Source of the DNA: a virus
DNA length: 49,157 bases
IMG/VR virus record: IMGVR_UViG_3300024981_000005
Direction: 5' to 3' (one strand)
Shown: one piece after another, positions 1 through 8,031 of the stretch
How the letters are laid out: every line of letters begins with the position of its first letter
How positions within the stretch are numbered: the first letter of the stretch is position 1
Notes under the pieces: model-generated
Seen by the model: only the letters and a program-made list of their open reading frames with translations
Databases searched by the model: none
What the model was told of the DNA's origin: nothing
Program-made: the position numbers and the translations under genes

Positions 1-127
1 CCATCAGCGACGTGATCGACTTCGTGCGGCAGGCCATTGACGACGATGGCCGCATCAAGTCCGAAGCCGCGCTCTCGCTTGTCGGCCCGCAGGGTCCCGC
101 TGGCCCGAAGGGTGATCAGGGCAACAC
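1..127. repeat. Terminal overlap: nt 1-127 are identical to nt 49031-49157, giving a circular or terminally redundant contig with a unit length of 49,030 bp
   Basis: Base-by-base comparison of both window ends. The tail-fibre reading frame is continuous across the join. Confidence 0.97.
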
Positions 128-1487
128 CGGCCCGACCGGCACCACGGGCGCAACCGGCCCGCAGGGTGACACGGGTCCGCAGGGACCGCAGGGTATTCAG
201 GGCGTGCAGGGCGTGGCCGGGCAGAACTTCATGCCCGACGCCGTGGGCATCCAGACCGATCGCGACCTCTACGATGCCGAGGCCACGGGCTTCGCCTTCC
301 TCGACGCCACCAATGGTCATCTCTACTTCAAGCTGTCCAGCGGCACCGCCGACTGGTCCTTCCCGGCTCCGTTCGGGCGCGGCCCGCAGGGCGTGCAGGG
401 CATTCAGGGCGTGCAGGGCGTCCAAGGTCCGCAGGGCATTCAGGGTCCGACCGGCGCCACCGGCGCGCAGGGTCCGCAGGGCGATCCCGGTCCCGCCGGA
501 CTCGTGTGGCTCGGCACCTACGACGCAGGCACGGCATACGAGGTTCGCGACGCCGTGGCGTACAACGGCGCGTCCTACGTCTGCATCGCGGACACGACCG
601 GCAACCTGCCGACGAACGCCACCTACTGGCAACTCCTCGCCGCGAAGGGCGACACCGGCGCGCAGGGTCTACAGGGCATTCAGGGCGAAGTAGGTCCGCA
701 GGGTGAAACTGGCGCGACCGGCGCGACGGGGCCGACTGGCGCTACGGGGCCGACTGGCGCCGCCGGTCCTGTCGTGGACCTCGCTTCGCTGACGCCCAAG
801 TCCACGGTCGTGGGCGCGGACATCACGCACATTCAGGACAGCGCGGACAGCTTCGCCAACAAGAAGATCACGCTGGACACGCTCAAGACGTGGCTGCTCA
901 GCGCGACCTATCCTGTCGGCAGCCTCTACTTCTCGACCAACGGCACCGACCCGGCCACGTCGCTGGGCTTCGGTACGTGGGTCGCCTTCGGCGCGGGCAA
1001 AGTCCCGGTTGGCTACAGCGCCGGTGAAACGGAGTTCGACGCCGACGAGAAGACCGGCGGCGCGAAGACGCACACGCTTAGCTCGGGCGAAATGCCCGCG
1101 CATACGCACTCGGGCACGACCGACACCGGCGGTTCGCACTCGCATGGCGGCAGCACCGGGTCCGGCGGCGCCCACTCGCACGGCGGCTCGACCAGCGACC
1201 CCGGCGCGCACGCCCACCAGTGGGCCATCGCTGGCGCCGCCGGTTCGAGCACGATCCGTGCAGCACCCGGCGGCGGTTCCACTTTGCCCGGCGTGGACAC
1301 GTCCTCTAACGGCGCGCACACGCACAGCATCTTCACCGACACGCACCCCGGGCATACCCACTCGATCGCTACCGATACGCACAGCGGCCACCAGCACAGC
1401 TTTGGCACCAGCTCGACGGGCGGCGGCGGGGCGCACAATAACCTCCAGCCCTACATTACCGTCCGCATGTGGAAGCGCACGGCCTAA
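1..1487 (+). CDS. Tail fibre protein, 3' part; the gene starts at 48907 and crosses the circular junction. It has collagen-like Gly-X-Y blocks, an HxH array and a tail-collar-like C-terminus.
   Basis: Track ORF 12..1487. There are three Gly-X-Y runs (GPQGPAGPKGDQGNTGPTG..., GPQGVQGIQGVQG..., GDTGAQGLQGIQGEVGPQG...). Seven HxH motifs occur between about nt 1090 and 1400. The C-terminus carries HTLSSGEMPAHTH ... AHNNLQPYITVRMWKR, typical of phage tail-collar/fibre C-termini. Confidence 0.88.
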   Translation, partial: ISDVIDFVRQAIDDDGRIKSEAALSLVGPQGPAGPKGDQGNTGPTGTTGATGPQGDTGPQGPQGIQGVQGVAGQNFMPDAVGIQTDRDLYDAEATGFAFLDATNGHLYFKLSSGTADWSFPAPFGRGPQGVQGIQGVQGVQGPQGIQGPTGATGAQGPQGDPGPAGLVWLGTYDAGTAYEVRDAVAYNGASYVCIADTTGNLPTNATYWQLLAAKGDTGAQGLQGIQGEVGPQGETGATGATGPTGATGPTGAAGPVVDLASLTPKSTVVGADITHIQDSADSFANKKITLDTLKTWLLSATYPVGSLYFSTNGTDPATSLGFGTWVAFGAGKVPVGYSAGETEFDADEKTGGAKTHTLSSGEMPAHTHSGTTDTGGSHSHGGSTGSGGAHSHGGSTSDPGAHAHQWAIAGAAGSSTIRAAPGGGSTLPGVDTSSNGAHTHSIFTDTHPGHTHSIATDTHSGHQHSFGTSSTGGGGAHNNLQPYITVRMWKRTA

Positions 1488-1500
1488 CCAAGGAGAACAA

Positions 1501-2184
1501 ATGCTTACCGGCCTCGCAATCGGTCAGAGCAACATGCTCTATCGCGGCACGGGCGGCCCGTGGACCATCAACCCACTGGTCACGCTCTGGAACAACAAGA
1601 ACGACATCTCAAGCAGCGTGAACGACCTCGGTACGGCGTGGATCACGCCGACGCGCGGCGTTAATCCGCTCACCGCCGGGACGCCGCTGCGCAACAACGC
1701 TTTTGCTCAGGCTCTCAGCCTGATCGCTACGGCGCGCAACGAACAGGTTCGGGGCGTCCTCTCGGGCCGGGGCGGCGAAGGGCTTGGGACGTGGTACTCT
1801 GGCGGGGCGCCGCAGAAGAACCTCATTCGCGCCAAAGCGGTGCTCGCGGCCGCTGGTGTCTCTTGGGTCGATTTCGTCGTGATGGCTCTCGGTGAGAGCG
1901 ACAACAGCGAGGCGATCAGCACGGGTCGCGATCGCGCCAACGCGATCTTCCGCAACCTCAAGGACAGCAGCATCATCGCGGGCCACACGCAGGTCATCAT
2001 CTGCGAGGCTTCGGACACGCATGTCCGGACCAACGAGATCATGGCGGCGACCTATGCGACCGCGCCCGAACGGGTCTACCTGCCGACCCGCCTCCAGCCG
2101 ACCAGCGACGGGACGCACTTCACTGGCGACGCGGCGCCCGTGATCGGAAACATGATCGCCTCGGCGGTACTGCGCGGGCTCTAA
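1501..2184 (+). CDS. SASA/SGNH-type carbohydrate O-acetylesterase (sialate O-acetylesterase-like)
   Basis: ATG at 1501 lies 6 nt after AAGGAG. The N-terminal motif is LAIGQSNM (the GQSNM nucleophile block of the SASA family) and the C-terminal motif is DGTHFT (a DxxH block). The upstream part of track ORF 1009..2184 is off-frame read-through of the fibre gene. Confidence 0.75.
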   Translation: MLTGLAIGQSNMLYRGTGGPWTINPLVTLWNNKNDISSSVNDLGTAWITPTRGVNPLTAGTPLRNNAFAQALSLIATARNEQVRGVLSGRGGEGLGTWYSGGAPQKNLIRAKAVLAAAGVSWVDFVVMALGESDNSEAISTGRDRANAIFRNLKDSSIIAGHTQVIICEASDTHVRTNEIMAATYATAPERVYLPTRLQPTSDGTHFTGDAAPVIGNMIASAVLRGL

Positions 2185-2266
2185 GACCCCAACTTCGCGG
2201 CCATTCTGACCCCAAATCAGTTGTATGTGGTGCTCGAATAAAGCAACACGCACAACGGGCGGGCAG

Positions 2267-2896
2267 ATGGCACTCCACCCGGCGGACTCCAGCGCCGCCC
2301 TCAAGGCCCATATCAAAGCCTCCGAGAAGCTGATCCTTCACGCCTACTTCGACCCCGTGGGCGTGCCGACGGCTGGATGGGGCCACATCGACGGCATCAC
2401 GTCGAGCATGGCCAAGGTCAAACAGGCCATCTCGACTGCGCAGGCGGCGAAGTGGTTTGAAGAAGACCTGGACATCGCAGAGCGCGCTGTCCGGAAGTAC
2501 GTCAAGGTCGCGCTCAACCAGAACCAGTTCGATGCTCTGGTGGACTTCGTGTTCAACTGCGGCGCGAGCAATCTCGCCAGCTCGACGCTGCTCAAGCTCC
2601 TGAACCGGGGCGACTACGCCGCCGTGCCCGCGCAGCTCATGCGCTGGACCAAGGCCCGCGACCGCAAGACCGGCAAGATGGTCGAGCTGCGCGGCCTCGT
2701 GATCCGCCGCAAGTGGGAAGCGGACCTCTGGTCGAGCCTCGCGCCGCCCGAGCCCGCCAACTACCGCGACGGCGAACGCAACTGTGAAGCCACGGTCATC
2801 CCGGACGCCAGCAATGCGAGCGAGCCGGTCACCCTCGGCGGGCTCATCGCGAAGTTCTTCGCCGCGCTGCTCGCAGCCTTCACCCGGAGGGCGTAA
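2267..2896 (+). CDS. Endolysin, glycoside hydrolase family 24 (T4-lysozyme-like), with a hydrophobic/amphipathic C-terminal tail
   Basis: SEKLILHAYFDPVGVPTAGWGH shows E-x8-D-x5-T spacing as in T4 lysozyme E11/D20/T26. The C-terminus is LGGLIAKFFAALLAAFTRRA. The start is ATG 2267, with ATG 2225 as an alternative. Confidence 0.85.
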   Translation: MALHPADSSAALKAHIKASEKLILHAYFDPVGVPTAGWGHIDGITSSMAKVKQAISTAQAAKWFEEDLDIAERAVRKYVKVALNQNQFDALVDFVFNCGASNLASSTLLKLLNRGDYAAVPAQLMRWTKARDRKTGKMVELRGLVIRRKWEADLWSSLAPPEPANYRDGERNCEATVIPDASNASEPVTLGGLIAKFFAALLAAFTRRA

Positions 2897-3138
2897 TGAC
2901 CGAGCACATCGTCAAATGGTCCGATCGGATTTGGGACACGCTGGTTCGCTGGCGGACGTGGCTGGTCAACGCGGTGCTCGCCGTCGCGCTGGTCGCGCCG
3001 GAAGTGCTGCAAGCGCCAGAACTTGCGGCGCTAGTGCCGCCCCATTGGCGCCCGTGGCTGATCGCCTCGGCGTTCCTGCTCAACATTCTGATGCGCCCGC
3101 GCAAGGCCGCCCGCGCCCGCGACTTCGAGGCCAAGTAA
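2896..3138 (+). CDS. Small membrane protein, holin candidate (2 predicted TM segments)
   Basis: TAATG overlap with the endolysin stop. The 80-aa product has hydrophobic stretches WLVNAVLAVALVAP and WLIASAFLLNILM and a basic C-terminus. Confidence 0.6.
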   Translation: MTEHIVKWSDRIWDTLVRWRTWLVNAVLAVALVAPEVLQAPELAALVPPHWRPWLIASAFLLNILMRPRKAARARDFEAK

Positions 3139-3139
3139 G

Positions 3140-3523
3140 ATGTGGGCCGGGCTCCTTGGGTGGGTCATGTCGATCCTGTCCAGCGACATGCTGGGCCGGG
3201 TTCTCGATGTCGTGTCCAAGCGAGCCGACGAAAAGAACACTGAGAAGCTGCGTCAGCTCGAAGCGCTCACGTCCGAAACCACAGACCTGGCCTCGCTCAA
3301 CAAGGCGAAGCTCCAGTTCCCGTGGTTCTGGGTGCTCATCTCGATCTTCATCTTTCCTCTCGGGTTGTGGTGGACCGCTGTTCTAGCCGACAGCATCTTC
3401 GGCTTCCCCTTCGACATCGCGGACCTTCCGACCCCCGACATGCGCGCTTGGGCTGGGGACATGATCCGCTGGCTTTTCTATGTCGGCAGCGTCACGGCAG
3501 CATTGAAAGTGGTGTCCAAGTGA
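3140..3523 (+). CDS. Membrane protein of the lysis cassette (holin/antiholin or spanin substitute; function open)
   Basis: The 127-aa product has an N-terminal hydrophobic segment, a charged helix (KRADEKNTEKLRQLEAL), then FPWFWVLISIFIFPLGLWWTAVLA. It starts 2 nt after the previous stop. Confidence 0.6.
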   Translation: MWAGLLGWVMSILSSDMLGRVLDVVSKRADEKNTEKLRQLEALTSETTDLASLNKAKLQFPWFWVLISIFIFPLGLWWTAVLADSIFGFPFDIADLPTPDMRAWAGDMIRWLFYVGSVTAALKVVSK

Positions 3524-3819
3524 CCCCTCCGAACCTCTGGGAGCAGCTCCAGCTCCTCATCATCTCCGGCGGCGCGGGTGCTGTCTTCCGGACCCTCATC
3601 TCGCCCGAGAAGCAATGGAAGCGGCGCGTCGTGCAAGGCGTGGCCGGTGCCATTTCGGCGCTGTTCCTCGGCGGCGTGCTGGCTTCGGTCATCGACAGCA
3701 TCACGCACGCGGGCGCCTACGCCTACCTCGCAGCGGGCTTCATCATGGGCTCGGGCGGCGAGCTGGCGGTGAAGGCGATCCAGGACCGGTTCCTCGGCCC
3801 CAAGGACGGCGACAACTGA
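3520..3819 (+). CDS. Small Gly-rich membrane protein with 3 TM segments, holin candidate
   Basis: GTG 3520 overlaps the previous stop (GTGA). Hydrophobic stretches are LQLLIISGGAGAVF, VAGAISALFLGGVLASVI and AYLAAGFIMGSGG. The upstream part of track ORF 3322..3819 is off-frame. Confidence 0.55.
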   Translation: MTPPNLWEQLQLLIISGGAGAVFRTLISPEKQWKRRVVQGVAGAISALFLGGVLASVIDSITHAGAYAYLAAGFIMGSGGELAVKAIQDRFLGPKDGDN

Positions 3820-5387
3820 CCACCGCCGTCCTCGATCCCATCGAGCGCCGCAAGGCGATCATCAAGAGGCTGCTGGCCGCCGACAGCGCGCGACACAGCC
3901 TGCTGGACTACACAGCCTTCACGATGCCGGATCATCGCGATCCGGATAACGTGGCGCTCACGCGCTATCAGCGTGCCCGTGTCCACGGCGTCATCGCTGA
4001 CGCGCTCGAAAAGCTCGAACGCCGGGACATTCTCCGCCTCATCATCAACTGCGCGCCGCGCCACGGAAAATCCGAACTGGCGTCCAAGCGCTTCATGTCG
4101 TGGTACTCGGGGCGCCACCCCGAGGAAAGCCTGATCTTCGGCACCTACAATGACACGTTTGCCGAGGACGTGGGCCGCGCGGTGCGCGGAAATATCCAGT
4201 CCCAGCAACACAGCCAGGTCTTCCCGGCCCACGCTCTCAAGGATGGTTCCGCCGCAGCCAAGCGACTTGAAACCACGATGGGCGGCATCCTCGCATTCGT
4301 GGGCCGGGGAGGCTCCATCACGGGGCGCGGTGGGCACGGCATCATCATTGACGACCCCATCAAGGATCGCCAGGAAGCCGACTCCAAGCTGATCCGCGAT
4401 CAGCTCTGGACATGGTTCTCCCAAGTTATCGCGACCCGCCTAATGACGCCGGACAGCTTCATCATGCTGATCCAGACGCGGTGGCACGAAGATGATCTCG
4501 TTGGTCGCCTCACCGATCCGCGCAACCCGTTCTATGACCCCGCCGAGGCGGCGCGCTGGACCGTAATCGACCTCCCGGCGCTGGCACTCGAAAACGATCC
4601 AATGGGTCGCCTGCCGGGCGAGGCTCTCTGGCCTGAGCGGTTCCCGGTGTCCTTCCTCGAAGGGCAGCGGCAGCTCGACCCGCGCGGCTTCCAGGCTCTC
4701 TATCAGGGCAAGCCGACCGGCGAGACGGGTACGTTCTTCAAGGCCGACCACATCAAGACCTACCAGCCGGACGAACTGCCCCGGCACCTGAAATACTACA
4801 TCGCTTCCGACCATGCGGTGTCCACGAAACAGGACCGCGACAAGACGTGCCTTATTCCCGTGGGCGTAGACGAGAACGACAACGTTTACGTCATGGACGA
4901 CGTGTGGTGGCGCCGCGCTGAGACGGACGTTGTGGTCGAAGCAATGCTGATGCTCATGGACCGCTACAAGCCGATCTATTGGTGGGCGGAGCGCGGCCAC
5001 ATCTCCAAGTCCATCGGCCCGTTCCTCCGGAAGCGCATGCTGGAGGAAAAGACCTATGTCTCGATGGTCGAGGTCCAGCCTATCTCGGACAAGCAGTCCC
5101 GCGCGCAGTCGATCCAGGGCCGCATGTCGATGGGCAAGGTGTTCTTCCCGGCTCGCGCCGTGTGGTGGCAGGACGCCCGCGATCAGCTCCTCAAATTCCC
5201 GAACGGCTCCAACGACGACTTCGTGGATGCGCTCGCCTACATCGGCCTCGGGCTCAACCAGCAGCTCGGCGCTGCGCGGCCAACTGCCCGCAAGGACGTG
5301 AAGCCGGGCACCCTCGGCTGGCTCAAGGCGCAGACCCGCAAGGCCGAGCAAACCCGGCTCAACAACCTCGCCAACGGCGGGTGGTGA
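3816..5387 (+). CDS. terL: Terminase large subunit (start uncertain: CTG 3816 after an AAGGA, or ATG 3924)
   Basis: Walker-A-like CAPRHGKSE, the IQTRWHEDDLVGRL coupling motif, and the C-terminal nuclease motif NDDFVDALAY. The Arg-rich N-terminus of track ORF 3615..5387 overlaps the preceding gene out of frame and is rejected. Confidence 0.85.
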   Translation: MTTAVLDPIERRKAIIKRLLAADSARHSLLDYTAFTMPDHRDPDNVALTRYQRARVHGVIADALEKLERRDILRLIINCAPRHGKSELASKRFMSWYSGRHPEESLIFGTYNDTFAEDVGRAVRGNIQSQQHSQVFPAHALKDGSAAAKRLETTMGGILAFVGRGGSITGRGGHGIIIDDPIKDRQEADSKLIRDQLWTWFSQVIATRLMTPDSFIMLIQTRWHEDDLVGRLTDPRNPFYDPAEAARWTVIDLPALALENDPMGRLPGEALWPERFPVSFLEGQRQLDPRGFQALYQGKPTGETGTFFKADHIKTYQPDELPRHLKYYIASDHAVSTKQDRDKTCLIPVGVDENDNVYVMDDVWWRRAETDVVVEAMLMLMDRYKPIYWWAERGHISKSIGPFLRKRMLEEKTYVSMVEVQPISDKQSRAQSIQGRMSMGKVFFPARAVWWQDARDQLLKFPNGSNDDFVDALAYIGLGLNQQLGAARPTARKDVKPGTLGWLKAQTRKAEQTRLNNLANGGW

Positions 5388-5459
5388 TCCCCCACCTTCG
5401 CCGCCAAAATCAGTTTGCGTTCGGCTAAGCGTTGCGCACAAGAGCAACGCGAGCACCAA

Positions 5460-7679
5460 ATGGCCGATCCCGCCCTCCAGAACGCAATCATGTCCGTGCT
5501 CCCGGGCGACAGCGCCGCGCCGCCGGACGTGGTGGACCCCGCGCTGCACGACCCGAACGCGAAGGTCATGGAGAGGGAAATCCCGACGCCGGACATGGCA
5601 CGCGCCGCCGGTGTCCGGAAGTGGCAGGACAAGGTGACGCGCGCCCGCAGCTATTGGGACAAGGGCGTCTTCGACCGGATGCGGCTCGATATGCGCATGG
5701 CGCGCGGCGACCAATGGGGTGACGCGGCAGACCCGAACAAGACCGGCTTCACCATCCCGGACATTCACAACGACGACCCGGGCGCCCGCTACGTGGCGAA
5801 CGTCATCCTGCGACACATCCACAGCCGCACGGCGTCCATCTACGGCAAGAACCCGAAGTTCGTCGCCCGGCGCAACAAGCGGCTGACCTCGACCGTCTGG
5901 GACGGGAACTTCCAGTCGCTCCAGCAGGCGGTCCAGACGCTGACGACTGCTGCGCAGAACCCGACCGATCCGAGCGCGCTGGGCGCCGCAGTCGAGGCCA
6001 AGGCGCTGATCGCGGACGCGCAGGCCACGATGCAGATGAACCAGCAGCTCGACCGGATCGCGCAGACGCTGGAAATCCTGTTCGAGCACGAAATCAACGA
6101 GCAGCCGATCCCCTTCAAGGTCCAGATGAAGGCCACCGTCCGGCGCGCCCTCACCGCCTCGGTCGGGTACGTCAAGATCGGCTACGACCGCGTGATGGGC
6201 CTCCGCCCGGAGGTCGAGCGCGAACTGACCGACATGAGCCAGAAGCTCGCCACCCTCCAGCGTCTCGCGGCGGACGTGGCAGATGGCGAGGTCGATACCG
6301 GCTCCGCCGAAATGGATCAGCTCAAGTCCATGATGGAGGACATGCGCAAGGACGGCGAAATCGTCCTGCGCGAGGGCCTGAGCTTCACGTTTCCCAACTC
6401 GACCGCGCTCATCATGGACACCGCGGTCCAGCAGCTCCGGGGCTTCGTCGGCGCCGAGTGGGTGGCCGAGGAATACATGCTGACCCGCGACCGGATCAAA
6501 GAGGTCTACGGCGTTGACGTGGGCGGCCCCAATTCGACCGGGCGCACTTACACCGACCAGTCCGGGCGCTTCGCGCGTGGCGAGGAAGGCACGGGCAAGG
6601 ACGCCAACTGGGACGACAAGTTCTGCGTCTGGGAAATCTACGACCGCAGCTCTGGCCTGGTCTACGTCGTGTGCGACGGGTATCCCGACTATCTGGTCGA
6701 ACCCGCCAAACCGGACGTGTGGCTGGAGCGCTTCTTCCCGTGGTTCGCGTTCGTGACCAACGAGGTCTACGACGAAAGCTCGGTCGTCCCGCCCAGCGAC
6801 GTGACGCTGCTCCGCGACATGCAGCTCGAAATCAACCGTGCCCGGCAAGGCCTGCGCGAGCACCGCCGCGCCGCGCGCCCGAAGACCGTCGCGCGCAACG
6901 GATCGCTTGAAGACGAGGACAAGGTGAAGCTGTCCACGGGCAAGGCGCACGAGGTCATCGAGCTGAACGGCCTGCCCGACAACATGAAGGTCGAAGAAGC
7001 CCTCATGCCGTGGTCGGGCTCGAAGATCGAACCCGGCCTCTATGAGACGGACGCGGCCTATCAGGACATTCTCCGCGTCGTCGGCGTGCAGGAAGCGAAC
7101 CTCGGTGGAACGTCGGGCGCCACCGCCACGGAGTCGAGCATCGCCGAAGGCTCGCGCATGTCCAGCGTGTCCAGCGTGATCGATGACCTCGATGAGTTTC
7201 TCACCGAGATTGCCCGCGCTGCCGGTCAAATTCTGCTCAAGAACACCAGCGCGCAGCGCGTGAAAGAGATCGTCGGGCCGGGCGCCGTCTGGCCCGAGAT
7301 GACCAAGGATCAGATCGCCCGCGAAATCTACCTCGACATCGAGGCCGCGAGCACCGGGCGCCCCAACAAGGCGCAGGAAATCCAGAATGCCACGCAGATG
7401 ATGCCGCTTCTGCTGCAAATCCCCGGCCTCTCTCCTGAGTGGCTGGCGCGCGAGATGCTGCGCCGTTTGGACGACCGCGTGGACATCACGGACGCCTTCG
7501 CGGCGGGCATGCCCTCGATTGCCCAGCTCAACCGCGTCTCGCAGATGGCTCCCGGCGGCCCGGGAGCCGATCCGAACGGGCAGGGCGCCGAGGGCGCCGA
7601 CAACACGCCCAGCACCCAGCCAGACAAAGTGAACGGCACACCGACGCAGCCCGCGCCCGCTCAGCAGGCAAATGGCTGA
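5460..7679 (+). CDS. Portal (head-tail connector) protein
   Basis: A 739-aa ORF lies directly after terL and before the scaffold and capsid genes, with a Gly/Pro/Gln-rich C-terminus. The call rests on position and size; I recognised no diagnostic motif. Confidence 0.72.
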   Translation: MADPALQNAIMSVLPGDSAAPPDVVDPALHDPNAKVMEREIPTPDMARAAGVRKWQDKVTRARSYWDKGVFDRMRLDMRMARGDQWGDAADPNKTGFTIPDIHNDDPGARYVANVILRHIHSRTASIYGKNPKFVARRNKRLTSTVWDGNFQSLQQAVQTLTTAAQNPTDPSALGAAVEAKALIADAQATMQMNQQLDRIAQTLEILFEHEINEQPIPFKVQMKATVRRALTASVGYVKIGYDRVMGLRPEVERELTDMSQKLATLQRLAADVADGEVDTGSAEMDQLKSMMEDMRKDGEIVLREGLSFTFPNSTALIMDTAVQQLRGFVGAEWVAEEYMLTRDRIKEVYGVDVGGPNSTGRTYTDQSGRFARGEEGTGKDANWDDKFCVWEIYDRSSGLVYVVCDGYPDYLVEPAKPDVWLERFFPWFAFVTNEVYDESSVVPPSDVTLLRDMQLEINRARQGLREHRRAARPKTVARNGSLEDEDKVKLSTGKAHEVIELNGLPDNMKVEEALMPWSGSKIEPGLYETDAAYQDILRVVGVQEANLGGTSGATATESSIAEGSRMSSVSSVIDDLDEFLTEIARAAGQILLKNTSAQRVKEIVGPGAVWPEMTKDQIAREIYLDIEAASTGRPNKAQEIQNATQMMPLLLQIPGLSPEWLAREMLRRLDDRVDITDAFAAGMPSIAQLNRVSQMAPGGPGADPNGQGAEGADNTPSTQPDKVNGTPTQPAPAQQANG

Positions 7680-7914
7680 CATCATCGAGCCCTTCAAAGT
7701 CGAGGAGCCGGTTCGGTCCACTGTGACGGAACTGCGCCAGCTCGCTGACCGGATCGAGCGCGGCGAGATTGGCGGCGTCGCGGTCGTCTACACCGTCAGC
7801 GAGACTGGAACGCTGGACTACATCTTGGGCTTCTCGACCTCTCTTGAGGAGGTTGGAGCCGCCGCATTTCTGCTCGATGCGGCCAAAAGCGCCGCCCCAG
7901 ACGAGGACGACTGA
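7672..7914 (+). CDS. Hypothetical small acidic protein
   Basis: Track ORF; the ATG overlaps the portal stop by 8 nt, suggesting translational coupling. Confidence 0.6.
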   Translation: MADIIEPFKVEEPVRSTVTELRQLADRIERGEIGGVAVVYTVSETGTLDYILGFSTSLEEVGAAAFLLDAAKSAAPDEDD

Positions 7915-7938
7915 CCGGCCCGTCAGTAACCGGCGCGT

Positions 7939-7962
7939 TGCTTTGCCGTGCACGTCAAAGCA
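7939..7962. promoter_or_regulatory. 24-bp near-perfect palindrome TGCTTTGCCGTG/CACGTCAAAGCA in the portal-scaffold intergenic gap
   Basis: Read directly: 11 of 12 positions are self-complementary and no U-tract follows. Confidence 0.5.
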
Positions 7963-8031
7963 CCGTAGCCGACACAGCGCACCGCTCGGCACACCACGCT
8001 CATTCGGACCCTCAAACCGTGGAGCGGCTGT

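Noticed and set aside
1-127. The 127-nt terminal repeat as a biological direct terminal repeat or cos region.
   Set aside because: It falls in the middle of the tail-fibre coding sequence with a continuous frame, and it has the form of an assembler overlap. It was kept only as evidence of circular closure.
1009-1500. N-terminal extensions of track ORFs caused by stop-free alternative frames: 1009..2184, 3322..3819, 12741..13508, 29098..29247, 42884..43057, 43913..44044, 45321..45731 and 48285..48476.
   Set aside because: The extensions are Arg/Pro/Ser/Thr-rich and overlap the preceding genes. Internal starts with Shine-Dalgarno-like sequences or start/stop coupling fit the conserved protein cores.
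3615-3815. ATG 3615 as the start of the large terminase (track ORF 3615..5387).
   Set aside because: The first 67 codons give an Arg-rich peptide (MEAARRARRGRCHFGAVPRRRAGFGH...) and overlap the membrane-protein gene 3520..3819 out of frame. Terminase-like sequence begins only at about 3816.
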